DNA from: Eledone cirrhosa
Taxonomy: Eukaryota
Direction of reading: 5' to 3'
DNA: 64,000 nucleotides
Assembly (NCBI GenBank): GCA_964016885.1
Contig: OZ024759.1
Coordinates: forward strand, 5,890,001 to 5,954,000
Shown here: positions 24,901 to 39,100 of the stretch, in pieces
How positions within the stretch are numbered: the stretch's first letter is position 1
How the letters are laid out: each line of letters begins with the position of its first letter
Made by a program: the position numbers and the translations under genes
Notes under the pieces: model-generated
Databases searched by the model: none
Told to the model about the DNA's origin: nothing
The model's input: the letters and a program-made list of their open reading frames with translations, nothing else

Positions 24901-27370
24901 AGAATTCATTTAAGTTCATGGTACTAGCTGTCAGAAGTAACTCCAATGTTGGTGAGAATTCATTTAAGTTCATGGTATTAGCTGTCAGAAGTAACTCCAC
25001 TGTTGGTGAGAATTCATTTAAGTCATGGTATTAGCTGTCAGAAGTAACTCCAATGTTGGTGAGAATTCATTTAAGTTCATGGTATTAGCTGTCAGAAGTA
25101 ACTCCACTGTTGGTGAGAATTCATTTAAGTTCATGGTATTAGCTGTCAGAAGTAACTGCACTGTTGGTGAGAATTCATTTAAGTTCATGGTACTAGCTGT
25201 CAGAAGTAACTCCACTGTTGGTGAGAATTCATTTAAGTTCATGGTATTAGCTGTCAGAAGTAACTCCAGTGTTGGTGAGAATTCATTTAAGTTCATGGTA
25301 TTAGCTGTCAGAAGTAACTCCACTGTTGGTGAGAATTCATTTAAGTTCATGGTATTAGCTGTCAGAAGTAACTCCACTGTTGGTGAGAATTCATTTAAGT
25401 TCATGGTACTAGCTGTCAGAAGTAACTCCACTGTTGGTGAGAATTCATTTAAGTTCATGGTATTAGTTTGTCAGAAGTAACTCCACTGTTGGTGAGAATT
25501 CATTTAAGTCATGGTATTAGTTGTCAGAAGTAACTCCAATGTTGGTGAGAATTCATTTAAGTTCATGGTATTAGCTGTCAGAAGTAACTCCACTGTTGGT
25601 GAGAATTCATTTAAGTTCATGTTATTAGCTGTCAGAAGTAACTCCACTGTTGGTGAGAATTCATTTAAGTCATGGTATTAGCTGTCAGAAGTAACTCCAT
25701 TGTTGGTGAGAATTCATTTAAGTCATGGTACTTGCTGTCAGAAGTAACTCCACTGTTGGTGAGAATTCATTTAAGTTCATGGTATTAGCTGTCAGAAGGA
25801 ACTCCACTGTTGGTGAGAATTCATTTAAGGTCATGGTACTAGCTGTCAGAAGTAACTCCACTGTTGGTGAAAATTCATTTAAGTTCATGGTATTAGTTTG
25901 TCAGAAGTAACTCCACTGTTGGTGAGAATTCATTTAAGTCATGGTATTAGTTGTCAGAAGTAACTCCAATGTTGGTGAGAATTCATTTAAGTCATGGTAC
26001 TAGCTGTCAGAAGTAACTCCAATGTTGGTGAGAATTCATTTAAGTTCATGGTATTAGCTGTAAGAAGGAACTCCACTGTTGGTGAGAATTCATTTAAGTT
26101 CATGGTATTAGCTGTCAGAAGTAACTCCACTGTTGGTGAGAATTCATTTAAGTTCATGGTACTAGCTGTCAGAAGTAACTCCAATGTTGGTGAGAATTCA
26201 TTTAAGTTCATGGTATTAGCTGTCAGAAGTAACTCCACTGTTGGTGAGAATTCATTTAAGCCATGGTATTAGCTGTCAGAAGTAACTCCAATGTTGGTGG
26301 GAATTCATTTAAGTTCATGGTATTAGCTGTCAGAAGTAACTCCACTGTTGGTGAGAATTCATTTAAGTTCATGGTATTAGTTTGTCAGAAGTAACTCCAC
26401 TGTTGGTGAGAATTCATTTAAGTCATGGTATTAGCTGTCAGAAGTAACTCCACTGTTGGTGAGAATTCATTTAAGTCATGGTATTAGCTGTCAGAAGTAA
26501 CTCCACTGTTGGTGAGAATTCATTTAAGTTCATGGTACTAGCTGTCAGAAGTAACTCCACTGTTGGTGAGAATTCATTTAAGTTCATGGTATTAGCTGTC
26601 AGAAGTAACTCCACTGTTGGTGAGAATTCATTTAAGTCATGGTATTAGCTGTCAGAAGTAACTCCATTGTTGGTGAGAATTCATTTAAGTCATGGTACTA
26701 GCTGTCAGAAGTAACTCCACTGTTGGTGAGAATTCATTTAAGTTCATGGTATTAGCTGTCAGAAGGAACTCCACTGTTGGTGAGATTTCATTTAAGTTCA
26801 TGGTACTAGCTGTCAGAAGTAACTCCACTGTTGGTGAGAATTCATTTAAGTTCATGGTATTAGTTTGTCAGAAGTAACTCCACTGTTGGTGAGAATTCAT
26901 TTAAGTCATGGTATTAGTTGTCAGAAGTAACTCCAATGTTGGTGAGAATTCATTTAAGTCATGGTACTAGCTGTCAGAAGTAACTCCAATGTTGGTGAGA
27001 ATTCATTTAAGTTCATGGTATTAGCTGTCAGAAGGAACTCCACTGTTGGTGAGAATTCATTTAAGTTCATGGTATTAGCTGTCAGAAGTAACTCCACTGT
27101 TGGTGAGAATTCATTTAAGTTCATGGTACTAGCTGTCAGAAGTAACTCCAATATTGGTGAGAATTCATTTAAGTTCATGGTATTAGCTGTCAGAAGTAAC
27201 TCCACTGTTGGTGAGAATTCATTTAAGTTCATGGTATTAGCTGTCAGAAGTAACTCCACTGTTGGTGAGAATTCATTTAAGATCATGGTATTAGCTGTCA
27301 GAAGTAACTCCACAGTTGGTGAGAATTCATTTAAGTTCATGGTACTACCTGTCAGAAGTAACTCCACTGT
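21940..27370. repeat. Block repeated at a 3927-bp (73-monomer) offset, separated by a 3012-bp-offset copy of the 20.4-21.9 kb block
   Basis: ORF pairs 22060/25987, 22765/26692 and 23027/26954 (offset 3927; marker AAGCCATGG at 22331 and 26258). Pairs 20608/23620 and 21475/24487 are offset by 3012. Confidence 0.85.
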
Positions 27371-30300
27371 TGGTGAGAATTCATTTAAGTTCATGGTATT
27401 AGTTTGTCAGAAGTAACTCCACTGTTGGTGAGAATTCATTTAAGTCATGGTATTAGTTGTCAGAAGTAACTCCAATGTTGGTGAGAATTCATTTAAGTTC
27501 ATGGTACTAGCTGTCAGAAGTAACTCCACTGTTGGTGAGAATTCATTTAAGTCATGGTATTAGTTGTCAGAAGTAACTCCAATGTTGGTGAGAATTTTAT
27601 TTAAGTCATGGTACTAGCCGTCAGAAGTAACTCCAATGTTGGTGAGAATTCATTTAAGTTCATGGTATTAGCTGTCAGAAGGAACTCCACTGTTGGTGAG
27701 AATTCATTTAAGTCATGGTATTAGCTGTCAGAAGTAACTCCACTGTTGGTGAGAATTCATTTAAGTTCATGGTATTAGCTGTCAGAAGGAACTCCACAGT
27801 TGGTGAGAATTCATTTAAGTTCATGGTACTAGCTGTCAGAAGTAACTCCACTGTTGGTGAGAATTCATTTAAGTTCATGGTATTAGTTTGTCAGAAGTAA
27901 CTCCACTGTTGGTGAGAATTCATTTAAGTCATGGTATTAGTTGTCAGAAGTAACTCCAATGTTGGTGAGAATTCATTTAAGTCACGGTACTAGCCGTCAG
28001 AAGTAACTCCAATGTTGGTGAGAATTCATTTAAGTTCATGGTATTAGCTGTCAGAAGGAACTCCACTGTTGGTGAGAATTCATTTAAGTTCATGGTATTA
28101 GCTGTCAGAAGTAACTCCACTGTTGGTGAGAATTCATTTAAGTTCATGGTACTAGCTGTCAGAAGTAACTCCAATGTTGGTGAGAATTCATTTAAGTTCA
28201 TGGTATTAGCTGTCAGAAGTAACTCCACTGTTGGTGAGAATTCATTTAAGTCATGGTATTAGCTGTCAGAAGTAATTCCAATGTTGGTGAGAATTCATTT
28301 AAGTTCATGGTATTAGCTGTCAGAAGTAACTCCACTGTTGGTGAGAATTCATTTAAGTTCATGGTATTAGCTGTCAGAAGTAACTCCACTGTTGGTGAGA
28401 ATTCATTTAAGTTCATGGTACTAGCTGTCAGAAGTAACTCCACTGTTGGTGAGAATTCATTTAAGTTCATGGTATTAGCTGTCAGAAGTAACTCCAGTGT
28501 TGGTGAGAATTCATTTAAGTTCATGGTATTAGCTGTCAGAAGTAACTCCACTGTTGGTGAGAATTCATTTAAGTTCATGGTATTAGCTGTCAGAAGTAAC
28601 TCCACTGTTGGTGAGAATTCATTTAAGTTCATGGTACTAGCTGTCAGAAGTAACTCCACTGTTGGTGAGAATTCATTTAAGTTCATGGTATTAGTTTGTC
28701 AGAAGTAACTCCACTGTTGGTGAGAATTCATTTAAGTCATGGTATTAGTTGTCAGAAGTAACTCCAATGTTGGTGAGAATTCATTTAAGTTCATTGTATT
28801 AGCTGTCAGAAGTAACTCCACTGTTGGTGAGAATTCATTTAAGTTCATGTTATTAGCTGTCAGAAGTAACTCCACTGTTGTTGAGAATTCATTTAAGTCA
28901 TGGTATTAGGTGTCAGAAGTAACTCCATTGTTGGTGAGAATTCATTTAAGTCATGGTACTTGCTGTCAGAAGTAACTCCACTGTTGGTGAGAATTCATTT
29001 AAGTTCATGGTATTAGCTGTCAGAAGGAACTCCACTGTTGGTGAGAATTCATTTAAGGTCATGGTACTAGCTGTCAGAAGTAACTCCACTGTTGGTGAGA
29101 ATTCATTTAAGTTCATGGTATTAGTTTGTCAGAAGTAACTCCACTGTTGGTGAGAATTCATTTAAGTCATGGTATTAGTTGTCAGAAGTAACTCCAATGT
29201 TGGTGAGAATTCATTTAAGTCATGGTACTAGCTGTCAGAAGTAACTCCAATGTTGGTGAGAATTCATTTAAGTTCATGGTATTAGCTGTCAGAAGGAACT
29301 CCACTGTTGGTGAGAATTCATTTAAGTTCATGGTATTAGCTGTCAGAAGTAACTCCACTGTTGGTGAGAATTCATTTAAGTTCATGGTACTAGCTGTCAG
29401 AAGTAACTCCAATGTTGGTGAGAATTCATTTAAGTTCATGGTATTAGCTGTCAGAAGTAACTCCACTGTTGGTGAGAATTCATTTAAGTCATGGTATTAG
29501 CTGTCAGAAGTAACTCCAATGTTGGTGGGAATTCATTTAAGTTCATGGTATTAGCTGTCAGAATTAACTCCACTGTTGGTGAGAATTCATTTAAGTTCAT
29601 GGTATTAGTTTGTCAGAAGTAACTCCACTGTTGGTGAGAATTCATTTAAGTCATGGTATTAGCTGTCAGAAGTAACTCCACTGTTGGTGAGAATTCATTT
29701 AAGTTCATGGTATTAGCTGTCAGAAGGAACTCCACTGTTGGTGAGATTTCATTTAAGTTCATGGTACTAGCTGTCAGAAGTAACTCCACTGTTGGTGAGA
29801 ATTCATTTAAGTTCATGGTATTAGTTTGTCAGAAGTAACTCCACTGTTGGTGAGAATTCATTTAAGTCATGGTATTAGTTGTCAGAAGTAACTCCAATGT
29901 TGGTGAGAATTCATTTAAGTCATGGTACTAGCTGTCAGAAGTAACTCCAATGTTGGTGAGAATTCATTTAAGTTCATGGTATTAGCTGTCAGAAGGAACT
30001 CCACTGTTGGTGAGAATTCATTTAAGTTCATGGTATTAGCTGTCAGAAGTAACTCCACTGTTGGTGAGAATTCATTTAAGTTCATGGTACTAGCTGTCAG
30101 AAGTAACTCCAATATTGGTGAGAATTCATTTAAGTTCATGGTATTAGCTGTCAGAAGTAACTCCACTGTTGGTGAGAATTCATTTAAGTTCATGGTATTA
30201 GCTGTCAGAAGTAACTCCACTGTTGGTGAGAATTCATTTAAGATCATGGTATTAGCTGTCAGAAGTAACTCCACAGTTGGTGAGAATTCATTTAAGTTCA

Positions 30301-32640
30301 TGGTACTACCTGTCAGAAGTAACTCCACTGTTGGTGAGAATTCATTTAAGTTCATGGTATTAGTTTGTCAGAAGTAACTCCACTGTTGGTGAGAATTCAT
30401 TTAAGTCATGGTATTAGTTGTCAGAAGTAACTCCAATGTTGGTGAGAATTCATTTAAGTTCATGGTACTAGCTGTCAGAAGTAACTCCACTGTTGGTGAG
30501 AATTCATTTAAGTCATGGTATTAGTTGTCAGAAGTAACTCCAATGTTGGTGAGAATTTTATTTAAGTCATGGTACTAGCCGTCAGAAGTAACTCCAATGT
30601 TGGTGAGAATTCATTTAAGTTCATGGTATTAGCTGTCAGAAGGAACTCCACTGTTGGTGAGAATTCATTTAAGTCATGGTATTAGCTGTCAGAAGTAACT
30701 CCACTGTTGGTGAGAATTCATTTAAGTTCATGGTATTAGCTGTCAGAAGGAACTCCACAGTTGGTGAGAATTCATTTAAGTTCATGGTACTAGCTGTCAG
30801 AAGTAACTCCACTGTTGGTGAGAATTCATTTAAGTTCATGGTATTAGTTTGTCAGAAGTAACTCCACTGTTGGTGAGAATTCATTTAAGTCATGGTATTA
30901 GTTGTCAGAAGTAACTCCAATGTTGGTGAGAATTCATTTAAGTCACGGTACTAGCCGTCAGAAGTAACTCCAATGTTGGTGAGAATTCATTTAAGTTCAT
31001 GGTATTAGCTGTCAGAAGGAACTCCACTGTTGGTGAGAATTCATTTAAGTTCATGGTATTAGCTGTCAGAAGTAACTCCACTGTTGGTGAGAATTCATTT
31101 AAGTTCATGGTACTAGCTGTCAGAAGTAACTCCAACGTTGGTGAGAATTCATTTAAGTTCATGGTATTAGCTGTCAGAAGTAACTCCACTGTTGGTGAGA
31201 ATTCATTTAAGTCATGGTATTAGCTGTCAGAAGTAACTCCAATGTTGGTGAGAATTCATTTAAGTTCATGGTATTAGCTGTCAGAAGTAACTCCACTGTT
31301 GGTGAGAATTCATTTAAGTTCATGGTATTAGCTGTCAGAAGTAACTCCACTGTTGGTGAGAATTCATTTAAGTTCATGGTACTAGCTGTCAGAAGTAACT
31401 CCACTGTTGGTGAGAATTCATTTAAGTTCATGGTATTAGCTGTCAGAAGTAACTCCAGTGTTGGTGAGAATTCATTTAAGTTCATGGTATTAGCTGTCAG
31501 AAGTAACTCCACTGTTGGTGAGAATTCATTTAAGTTCATGGTATTAGCTGTCAGAAGTAACTCCACTGTTGGTGAGAATTCATTTAAGTTCATGGTACTA
31601 GCTGTCAGAAGTAACTCCACTGTTGGTGAGAATTCATTTAAGTTCATGGTATTAGTTTGTCAGAAGTAACTCCACTGTTGGTGAGAATTCATTTAAGTCA
31701 TGGTATTAGTTGTCAGAAGTAACTCCAATGTTGGTGAGAATTCATTTAAGTTCATTGTATTAGCTGTCAGAAGTAACTCCACTGTTGGTGAGAATTCATT
31801 TAAGTTCATGTTATTAGCTGTCAGAAGTAACTCCACTGTTGGTGAGAATTCATTTAAGTCATGGTATTAGGTGTCAGAAGTAACTCCATTGTTGGTGAGA
31901 ATTCATTTAAGTCATGGTACTTGCTGTCAGAAGTAACTCCACTGTTGGTGAGAATTCATTTAAGTTCATGGTATTAGCTGTCAGAAGGAACTCCACTGTT
32001 GGTGAGAATTCATTTAAGGTCATGGTACTAGCTGTCAGAAGTAACTCCACTGTTGGTGAGAATTCATTTAAGTTCATGGTATTAGTTTGTCAGAAGTAAC
32101 TCCACTGTTGGTGAGAATTCATTTAAGTCATGGTATTAGTTGTCAGAAGTAACTCCAATGTTGGTGAGAATTCATTTAAGTCATGGTACTAGCTGTCAGA
32201 AGTAACTCCAATGTTGGTGAGAATTCATTTAAGTTCATGGTATTAGCTGTCAGAAGGAACTCCACTGTTGGTGAGAATTCATTTAAGTTCATGGTATTAG
32301 CTGTCAGAAGTAACTCCACTGTTGGTGAGAATTCATTTAAGTTCATGGTACTAGCTGTCAGAAGTAACTCCAATGTTGGTGAGAATTCATTTAAGTTCAT
32401 GGTATTAGCTGTCAGAAGTAACTCCACTGTTGGTGAGAATTCATTTAAGTCATGGTATTAGCTGTCAGAAGTAACTCCAATGTTGGTGGGAATTCATTTA
32501 AGTTCATGGTATTAGCTGTCAGAAGTAACTCCACTGTTGGTGAGAATTCATTTAAGTTCATGGTATTAGTTTGTCAGAAGTAACTCCACTGTTGGTGAGA
32601 ATTCATTTAAGTCATGGTATTAGCTGTCAGAAGTAACTCC
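26700..32640. repeat. 2961-bp (55-monomer) tandem duplication
   Basis: ORF pairs 26692/29653, 26954/29915, 27715/30676, 28246/31207, 28953/31914 and 29215/32176. Private markers AGGAACTCCACAG and TTCATTGTAT occur in both copies. Confidence 0.92.
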
Positions 32641-33149
32641 ACTGTTGGTGAGAATTCATTTAAGTCATGGTATTAGCTGTCAGAAGTAACTCCACTGTTG
32701 GTGAGAATTCATTTAAGTTCATGGTACTAGCTGTCAGAAGTAACTCCACTGTTGGTGAGAATTCATTTAAGTTCATGGTATTAGCTGTCAGAAGTAACTC
32801 CACTGTTGGTGAGAATTCATTTAAGTCATGGTATTAGCTGTCAGAAGTAACTCCATTGTTGGTGAGAATTCATTTAAGTCATGGTACTAGCTGTCAGAAG
32901 TAACTCCACTGTTGGTGAGAATTCATTTAAGTTCATGGTATTAGCTGTCAGAAGGAACTCCACTGTTGGTGAGAATTCATTTAAGTTCATGGTATTAGCT
33001 GTCAGAAGTAACTCCACTGTTGGTGAGAATTCATTTAAGTTCATGGTACTAGCTGTCAGAAGTAACTCCAATATTGGTGAGAATTCATTTAAGTTCATGG
33101 TATTAGCTGTCAGAAGTAACTCCACTGTTGGTGAGAATTCATTTAAGTT

Positions 33150-36100
33150 CATGGTATTAGCTGTCAGAAGTAACTCCACTGTTGGTGAGAATTCATTTAA
33201 GATCATGGTATTAGCTGTCAGAAGTAACTCCACAGTTGGTGAGAATTCATTTAAGTTCATGGTACTACCTGTCAGAAGTAACTCCACTGTTGGTGAGAAT
33301 TCATTTAAGTTCATGGTATTAGTTTGTCAGAAGTAACTCCACTGTTGGTGAGAATTCATTTAAGTCATGGTATTAGTTGTCAGAAGTAACTCCAATGTTG
33401 GTGAGAATTCATTTAAGTTCATGGTACTAGCTGTCAGAAGTAACTCCACTGTTGGTGAGAATTCATTTAAGTTCATGGTATTAGCTGTCAGAAGTAACTC
33501 CACTGTTGGTGAGAATTCATTTAAGTCATGGTATTAGCTGTCAGAAGTAACTCCATTGTTGGTGAGAATTCATTTAAGTCATGGTACTAGCTGTCAGAAG
33601 TAACTCCACTGTTGGTGAGAATTCATTTAAGTTCATGGTATTAGCTGTCAGAAGGAACTCCACTGTTGGTGAGAATTCATTTAAGTTCATGGTACTAGCT
33701 GTCAGAAGTGACTCCAATGTTGGTGAGAATTCATTTAAGTTCATGGTATTAGCTGTCAGAAGTAACTCCACTGTTGGTGAGAATTCATTTAAGTCATGGT
33801 ATTAGCTGTCAGAAGTAACTCCAATGTTGGTGAGAATTCATTTTAGTTCATGGTATTAGCTGTCAGAAGTAACTCCACTGTTGGTGAGAATTCATTTAAG
33901 TTCATGGTATTAGCTGTCAGAAGTAACTCCACTGTTGGTGAGAATTCATTTAAGTTCATGGTATTAGCTGTCAGAAGTAACTCCACTGTTGGTGAGAATT
34001 CATTTAAGTTCATGGTACTAGCTGTCAGAAGTAACTCCACTGTTGGTGAGAATTCATTTAAGTTCATGGTACTAGCTGTCAGAATTAACTCCAATGTTGG
34101 TGAGAATTCATTTAAGTTCATGGTATTAGCTGTCAGAAGTAACTCCACTGTTGGTGAGAATTCATTTAAGTCATGGTATTAGCTGTCAGAAGTAACTCCA
34201 ATGTTGGTGAGAATTCATTTAAGTTCATGGTATTAGCTGTCAGAAGTAACTCCACTGTTGGTGAGAATTCATTTAAGTGCATGGTATTAGCTGTCAGAAG
34301 TAACTCCACTGTTGGTGAGAATTCATTTAAGTTCATGGTATGAGCTGTCAGAAGTAACTCCACAGTTGGTGAGAATTCATTTAAGTTCATGGTACTACCT
34401 GTCAGAAGTAACTCCACTGTTGGTGAGAATTCATTTAAGTTCATGGTATTAGTTTGTCAGAAGTAACTCCACTGTTAGTGAGAATTCATTTAAGTCATGG
34501 TATTAGTTGTCAGAAGTAACTCCAATGTTGGTGAGAATTCATTTAAGTTCATGGTACTAGCTGTCAGAAGTAACTCCACTGTTGGTGAGAATTCATTTAA
34601 GTTCATGGTATTAGCTGTCAGAAGTAACTCCACTGTTGGTGAGAATTCATTTAAGTCATGGTACTAGCTGTCAGAAGTAACTCCACTGTTGGTGAGAATT
34701 CATTTAAGTTCATGGTATTAGCTGTCAGAAGGAACTCCACTGTTGGTGAGAATTCATTTAAGTTCATGGTACTAGCTGTCAGAAGTGACTCCAATGTTGG
34801 TGAGAATTCATTTAAGTTCATGGTATTAGCTGTCAGAAGTAACTCCACTGTTGGTGAGAATTCATTTAAGTCATGGTATTAGCTGTCAGAAGTAACTTCA
34901 ATGTTGGTGAGAATTCATTTAAGTTCATGGTATTAGCTGTCAGAAGTAACTCCACTGTTGGTGAGAATTCATTTAAGTTCATGGTATTAGCTGTCAGAAG
35001 TAACTCCACTGTTGGTGAGAATTCATTTAAGTTCATGTTATTAGCTGTCAGAAGTAACTCCACTGTTGGTGAGAATTCATTTAAGTTCATGGTACTAGCT
35101 GTCAGAAGTAACTCCACTGTTGGTGAGAATTCATTTAAGTTCATGGTATTAGTTTGTCAGAAGTAACTCCACTGTTGGTGAGAATTCATTTAAGTCATGG
35201 TATTAGTTGTCAGAAGTAACTCCAATGTTGGTGAGAATTCATTTAAGTTCATGGTACTAGCTGTCAGAAGTAACTCCACTGTTGGTGAGAATTCATTTAA
35301 GTTCATGGTATTAGCTGTCAGAAGTAACTCCACTGTTGGTGAGAATTCATTTAAGTCATGGTATTAGCTGTCAGAAGTAACTCCATTGTTGGTGAGAATT
35401 CATTTAAGTCATGGTACTAGCTGTCAGAAGTAACTCCACTGTTGGTGAGAATTCATTTAAGTTCATTTTATTAGCTGTCAGAAGGAACTCCACTGTTGGT
35501 GAGAATTCATTTAAGTTCATGGTACTAGCTGTCAGAAGTAACTCCACTGTTGGTGAGAATTCATTTAAGTTTATGGTATTAGTTTGTCAGAAGTAACTCC
35601 ACTGTTGGTGAGAATTCATTTAAGTCATGGTATTAGTTGTCAGAAGTAACTCAAATGTTGGTGAGAATTCATTTAAGTCATGGTACTAGCTGTCAGAAGT
35701 AACTCCAATGTTGGTGAGAATTCATTTAAGTTCATGGTATTAGCTGTCAGAAGGAATTCCACTGTTGGTGAGAATTCATTTAAGTTCATGGTATTAGCTG
35801 TCAGAAGTAACTCCACTGTTGGTGAGAATTCATTTAAGTTCATGGTACTAGCTGTCAGAAGTAACTCCAATGTTGGTGAGAATACATTTAAGTTCATGGT
35901 TTAGCTGTCAGAAGTAACTCCACTGTTGGTGAGAATTCATTTAAGTCATGGTATTAGCTGTCAGAAGTAACTCCAATGTTGGTGAGAATTCATTTAAGTT
36001 CGTGGTATTAGCTGTCAGAAGTAACTCCACTGTTGGTGAGAATTTATTTAAGTTCATGGTATTAGTTTGTCAGAAGTAACTCCACTGTTGGTGAGAATTC

Positions 36101-39100
36101 ATTTAAGTCATGGTATTAGCTGTCAGAAGTAACTCCACTGTTGGTGAGAATTCATTTAAGTCATGGTATTAGCTGTCAGAAGTAACTCCACTGTTGGTGA
36201 GAATTCATTTAAGTTCATGGTACTAGCTGTCAGAAGTAACTCCACTGTTGGTGAGAATTCATTTAAGTTCATGGTATTAGCTGTCAGAAGTAACTCCACT
36301 GTTGGTGAGAATTCATTTAAGTCATGGTATTAGCTGTCAGAAGTAACTCCATTGTTGGTGAGAATTCATTTAAGTCATGGTACTAGCTGTCAGAAGTAAC
36401 TCCACTGTTGGTGAGAATTCATTTAAGTTCATGGTATTAGCTGTCAGAAGGAACTCCACTGTTGGTGAGAATTCATTTAAGTTCATGGTACTAGCTGTCA
36501 GAAGTAACTCCACTGTTGGTGAGAATTCATTTAAGTTCATGGTATTAGCTGTCAGAAGTAACTCCACTGTTGGTGAGAATTCATTTAAGTTCATGGTACT
36601 AGCTGTCAGAAGTAACTCCAATGTTGGTGAGAATTCATTTAAGTTCATGGTATTAGCTGTCAGAAGTAACTCCACTGTTGGTGAGAATTCATTTAAGTCA
36701 TGGTATTAGCTGTCAGAAGTAACTCCAATGTTGGTGAGAATTCATTTAAGTTCATGGTATTAGCTGTCAGAAGTAACTCCACTGTTGGTGAGAATTCACT
36801 TAAGTTCATGGTATTAGCTGTCAGAAGTAACTCCACTGTTGGTGAGAATTCATTTAAGTTCATGGTATTAGCTGTCAGAAGTAACTCCACTGTTGGTGAG
36901 AATTCATTTAAGATCATGGTATTAGCTGTCAGAAGTAACTCCACAGTTGGTGAGAATTCATTTAAGTTCATGGTACTACCTGTCAGAAGTAACTCCACTG
37001 TTGGTGAGAATTCATTTAAGTTCATGGTATTAGTTTGTCAGAAGTAACTCCACTGTTGGTGAGAATTCATTTAAGTCATGGTATTAGTTGTCAGAAGTAA
37101 CTCCAATGTTGGTGAGAATTCATTTAAGTTCATGGTACTAGCTGTCAGAAGTAACTCCACTGTTGGTGAGAATTCATTTAAGTTCATGGTATTAGCTGTC
37201 AGAAGTAACTCCACTGTTGGTGAGAATTCATTTAAGTCATGGTATTAGCTGTCAGAAGTAACTCCATTGTTGGTGAGAATTCATTTAAGTCATGGTACTA
37301 GCTGTCAGAAGTAACTCCACTGTTGGTGAGAATTCATTTAAGTTCATGGTATTAGCTGTCAGAAGGAACTCCACTGTTGGTGAGAATTCATTTAAGTTCA
37401 TGGTACTAGCTGTCAGAAGTGACTCCAATGTTGGTGAGAATTCATTTAAGTTCATGGTATTAGCTGTCAGAAGTAACTCCACTGTTGGTGAGAATTCATT
37501 TAAGTCATGGTATTAGCTGTCAGAAGTAACTCCAATGTTGGTGAGAATTCATTTTAGTTCATGGTATTAGCTGTCAGAAGTAACTCCACTGTTGGTGAGA
37601 ATTCATTTAAGTTCATGGTATTAGCTGTCAGAAGTAACTCCACTGTTGGTGAGAATTCATTTAAGTTCATGGTATTAGCTGTCAGAAGTAACTCCACTGT
37701 TGGTGAGAATTCATTTAAGTTCATGGTACTAGCTGTCAGAAGTAACTCCACTGTTGGTGAGAATTCATTTAAGTTCATGGTACTAGCTGTCAGAAGTAAC
37801 TCCAATGTTGGTGAGAATTCATTTAAGTTCATGGTATTAGCTGTCAGAAGTAACTCCACTGTTGGTGAGAATTCATTTAAGTCATGGTATTAGCTGTCAG
37901 AAGTAACTCCAATGTTGGTGAGAATTCATTTAAGTTCATGGTATTAGCTGTCAGAAGTAACTCCACTGTTGGTGAGAATTCATTTAAGTGCATGGTATTA
38001 GCTGTCAGAAGTAACTCCACTGTTGGTGAGAATTCATTTAAGTTCATGGTATTAGCTGTCAGAAGTAACTCCACAGTTGGTGAGAATTCATTTAAGTTCA
38101 TGGTACTACCTGTCAGAAGTAACTCCACTGTTGGTGAGAATTCATTTAAGTTCATGGTATTAGTTTGTCAGAAGTAACTCCACTGTTGGTGAGAATTCAT
38201 TTAAGTTCATGGTATGAGCTGTCAGAAGTAACTCCACAGTTGGTGAGAATTCATTTAAGTTCATGGTACTACCTGTCAGAAGTAACTCCACTGTTGGTGA
38301 GAATTCATTTAAGTTCATGGTATTAGTTTGTCAGAAGTAACTCCACTGTTAGTGAGAATTCATTTAAGTCATGGTATTAGTTGTCAGAAGTAACTCCAAT
38401 GTTGGTGAGAATTCATTTAAGTTCATGGTACTAGCTGTCAGAAGTAACTCCACTGTTGGTGAGAATTCATTTAAGTTCATGGTATTAGCTGTCAGAAGTA
38501 ACTCCACTGTTGGTGAGAATTCATTTAAGTCATGGTACTAGCTGTCAGAAGTAACTCCACTGTTGGTGAGAATTCATTTAAGTTCATGGTATTAGCTGTC
38601 AGAAGGAACTCCACTGTTGGTGAGAATTCATTTAAGTTCATGGTACTAGCTGTCAGAAGTGACTCCAATGTTGGTGAGAATTCATTTAAGTTCATGGTAT
38701 TAGCTGTCAGAAGTAACTCCACTGTTGGTGAGAATTCATTTAAGTCATGGTATTAGCTGTCAGAAGTAACTTCAATGTTGGTGAGAATTCATTTAAGTTC
38801 ATGGTATTAGCTGTCAGAAGTAACTCCACTGTTGGTGAGAATTCATTTAAGTTCATGGTATTAGCTGTCAGAAGTAACTCCACTGTTGGTGAGAATTCAT
38901 TTAAGTTCATGGTATTAGCTGTCAGAAGTAACTCCACTGTTGGTGAGAATTCATTTAAGTTCATGGTACTAGCTGTCAGAAGTAACTCCACTGTTGGTGA
39001 GAATTCATTTAAGTTCATGGTATTAGTTTGTCAGAAGTAACTCCACTGTTGGTGAGAATTCATTTAAGTCATGGTATTAGTTGTCAGAAGTAACTCCAAT

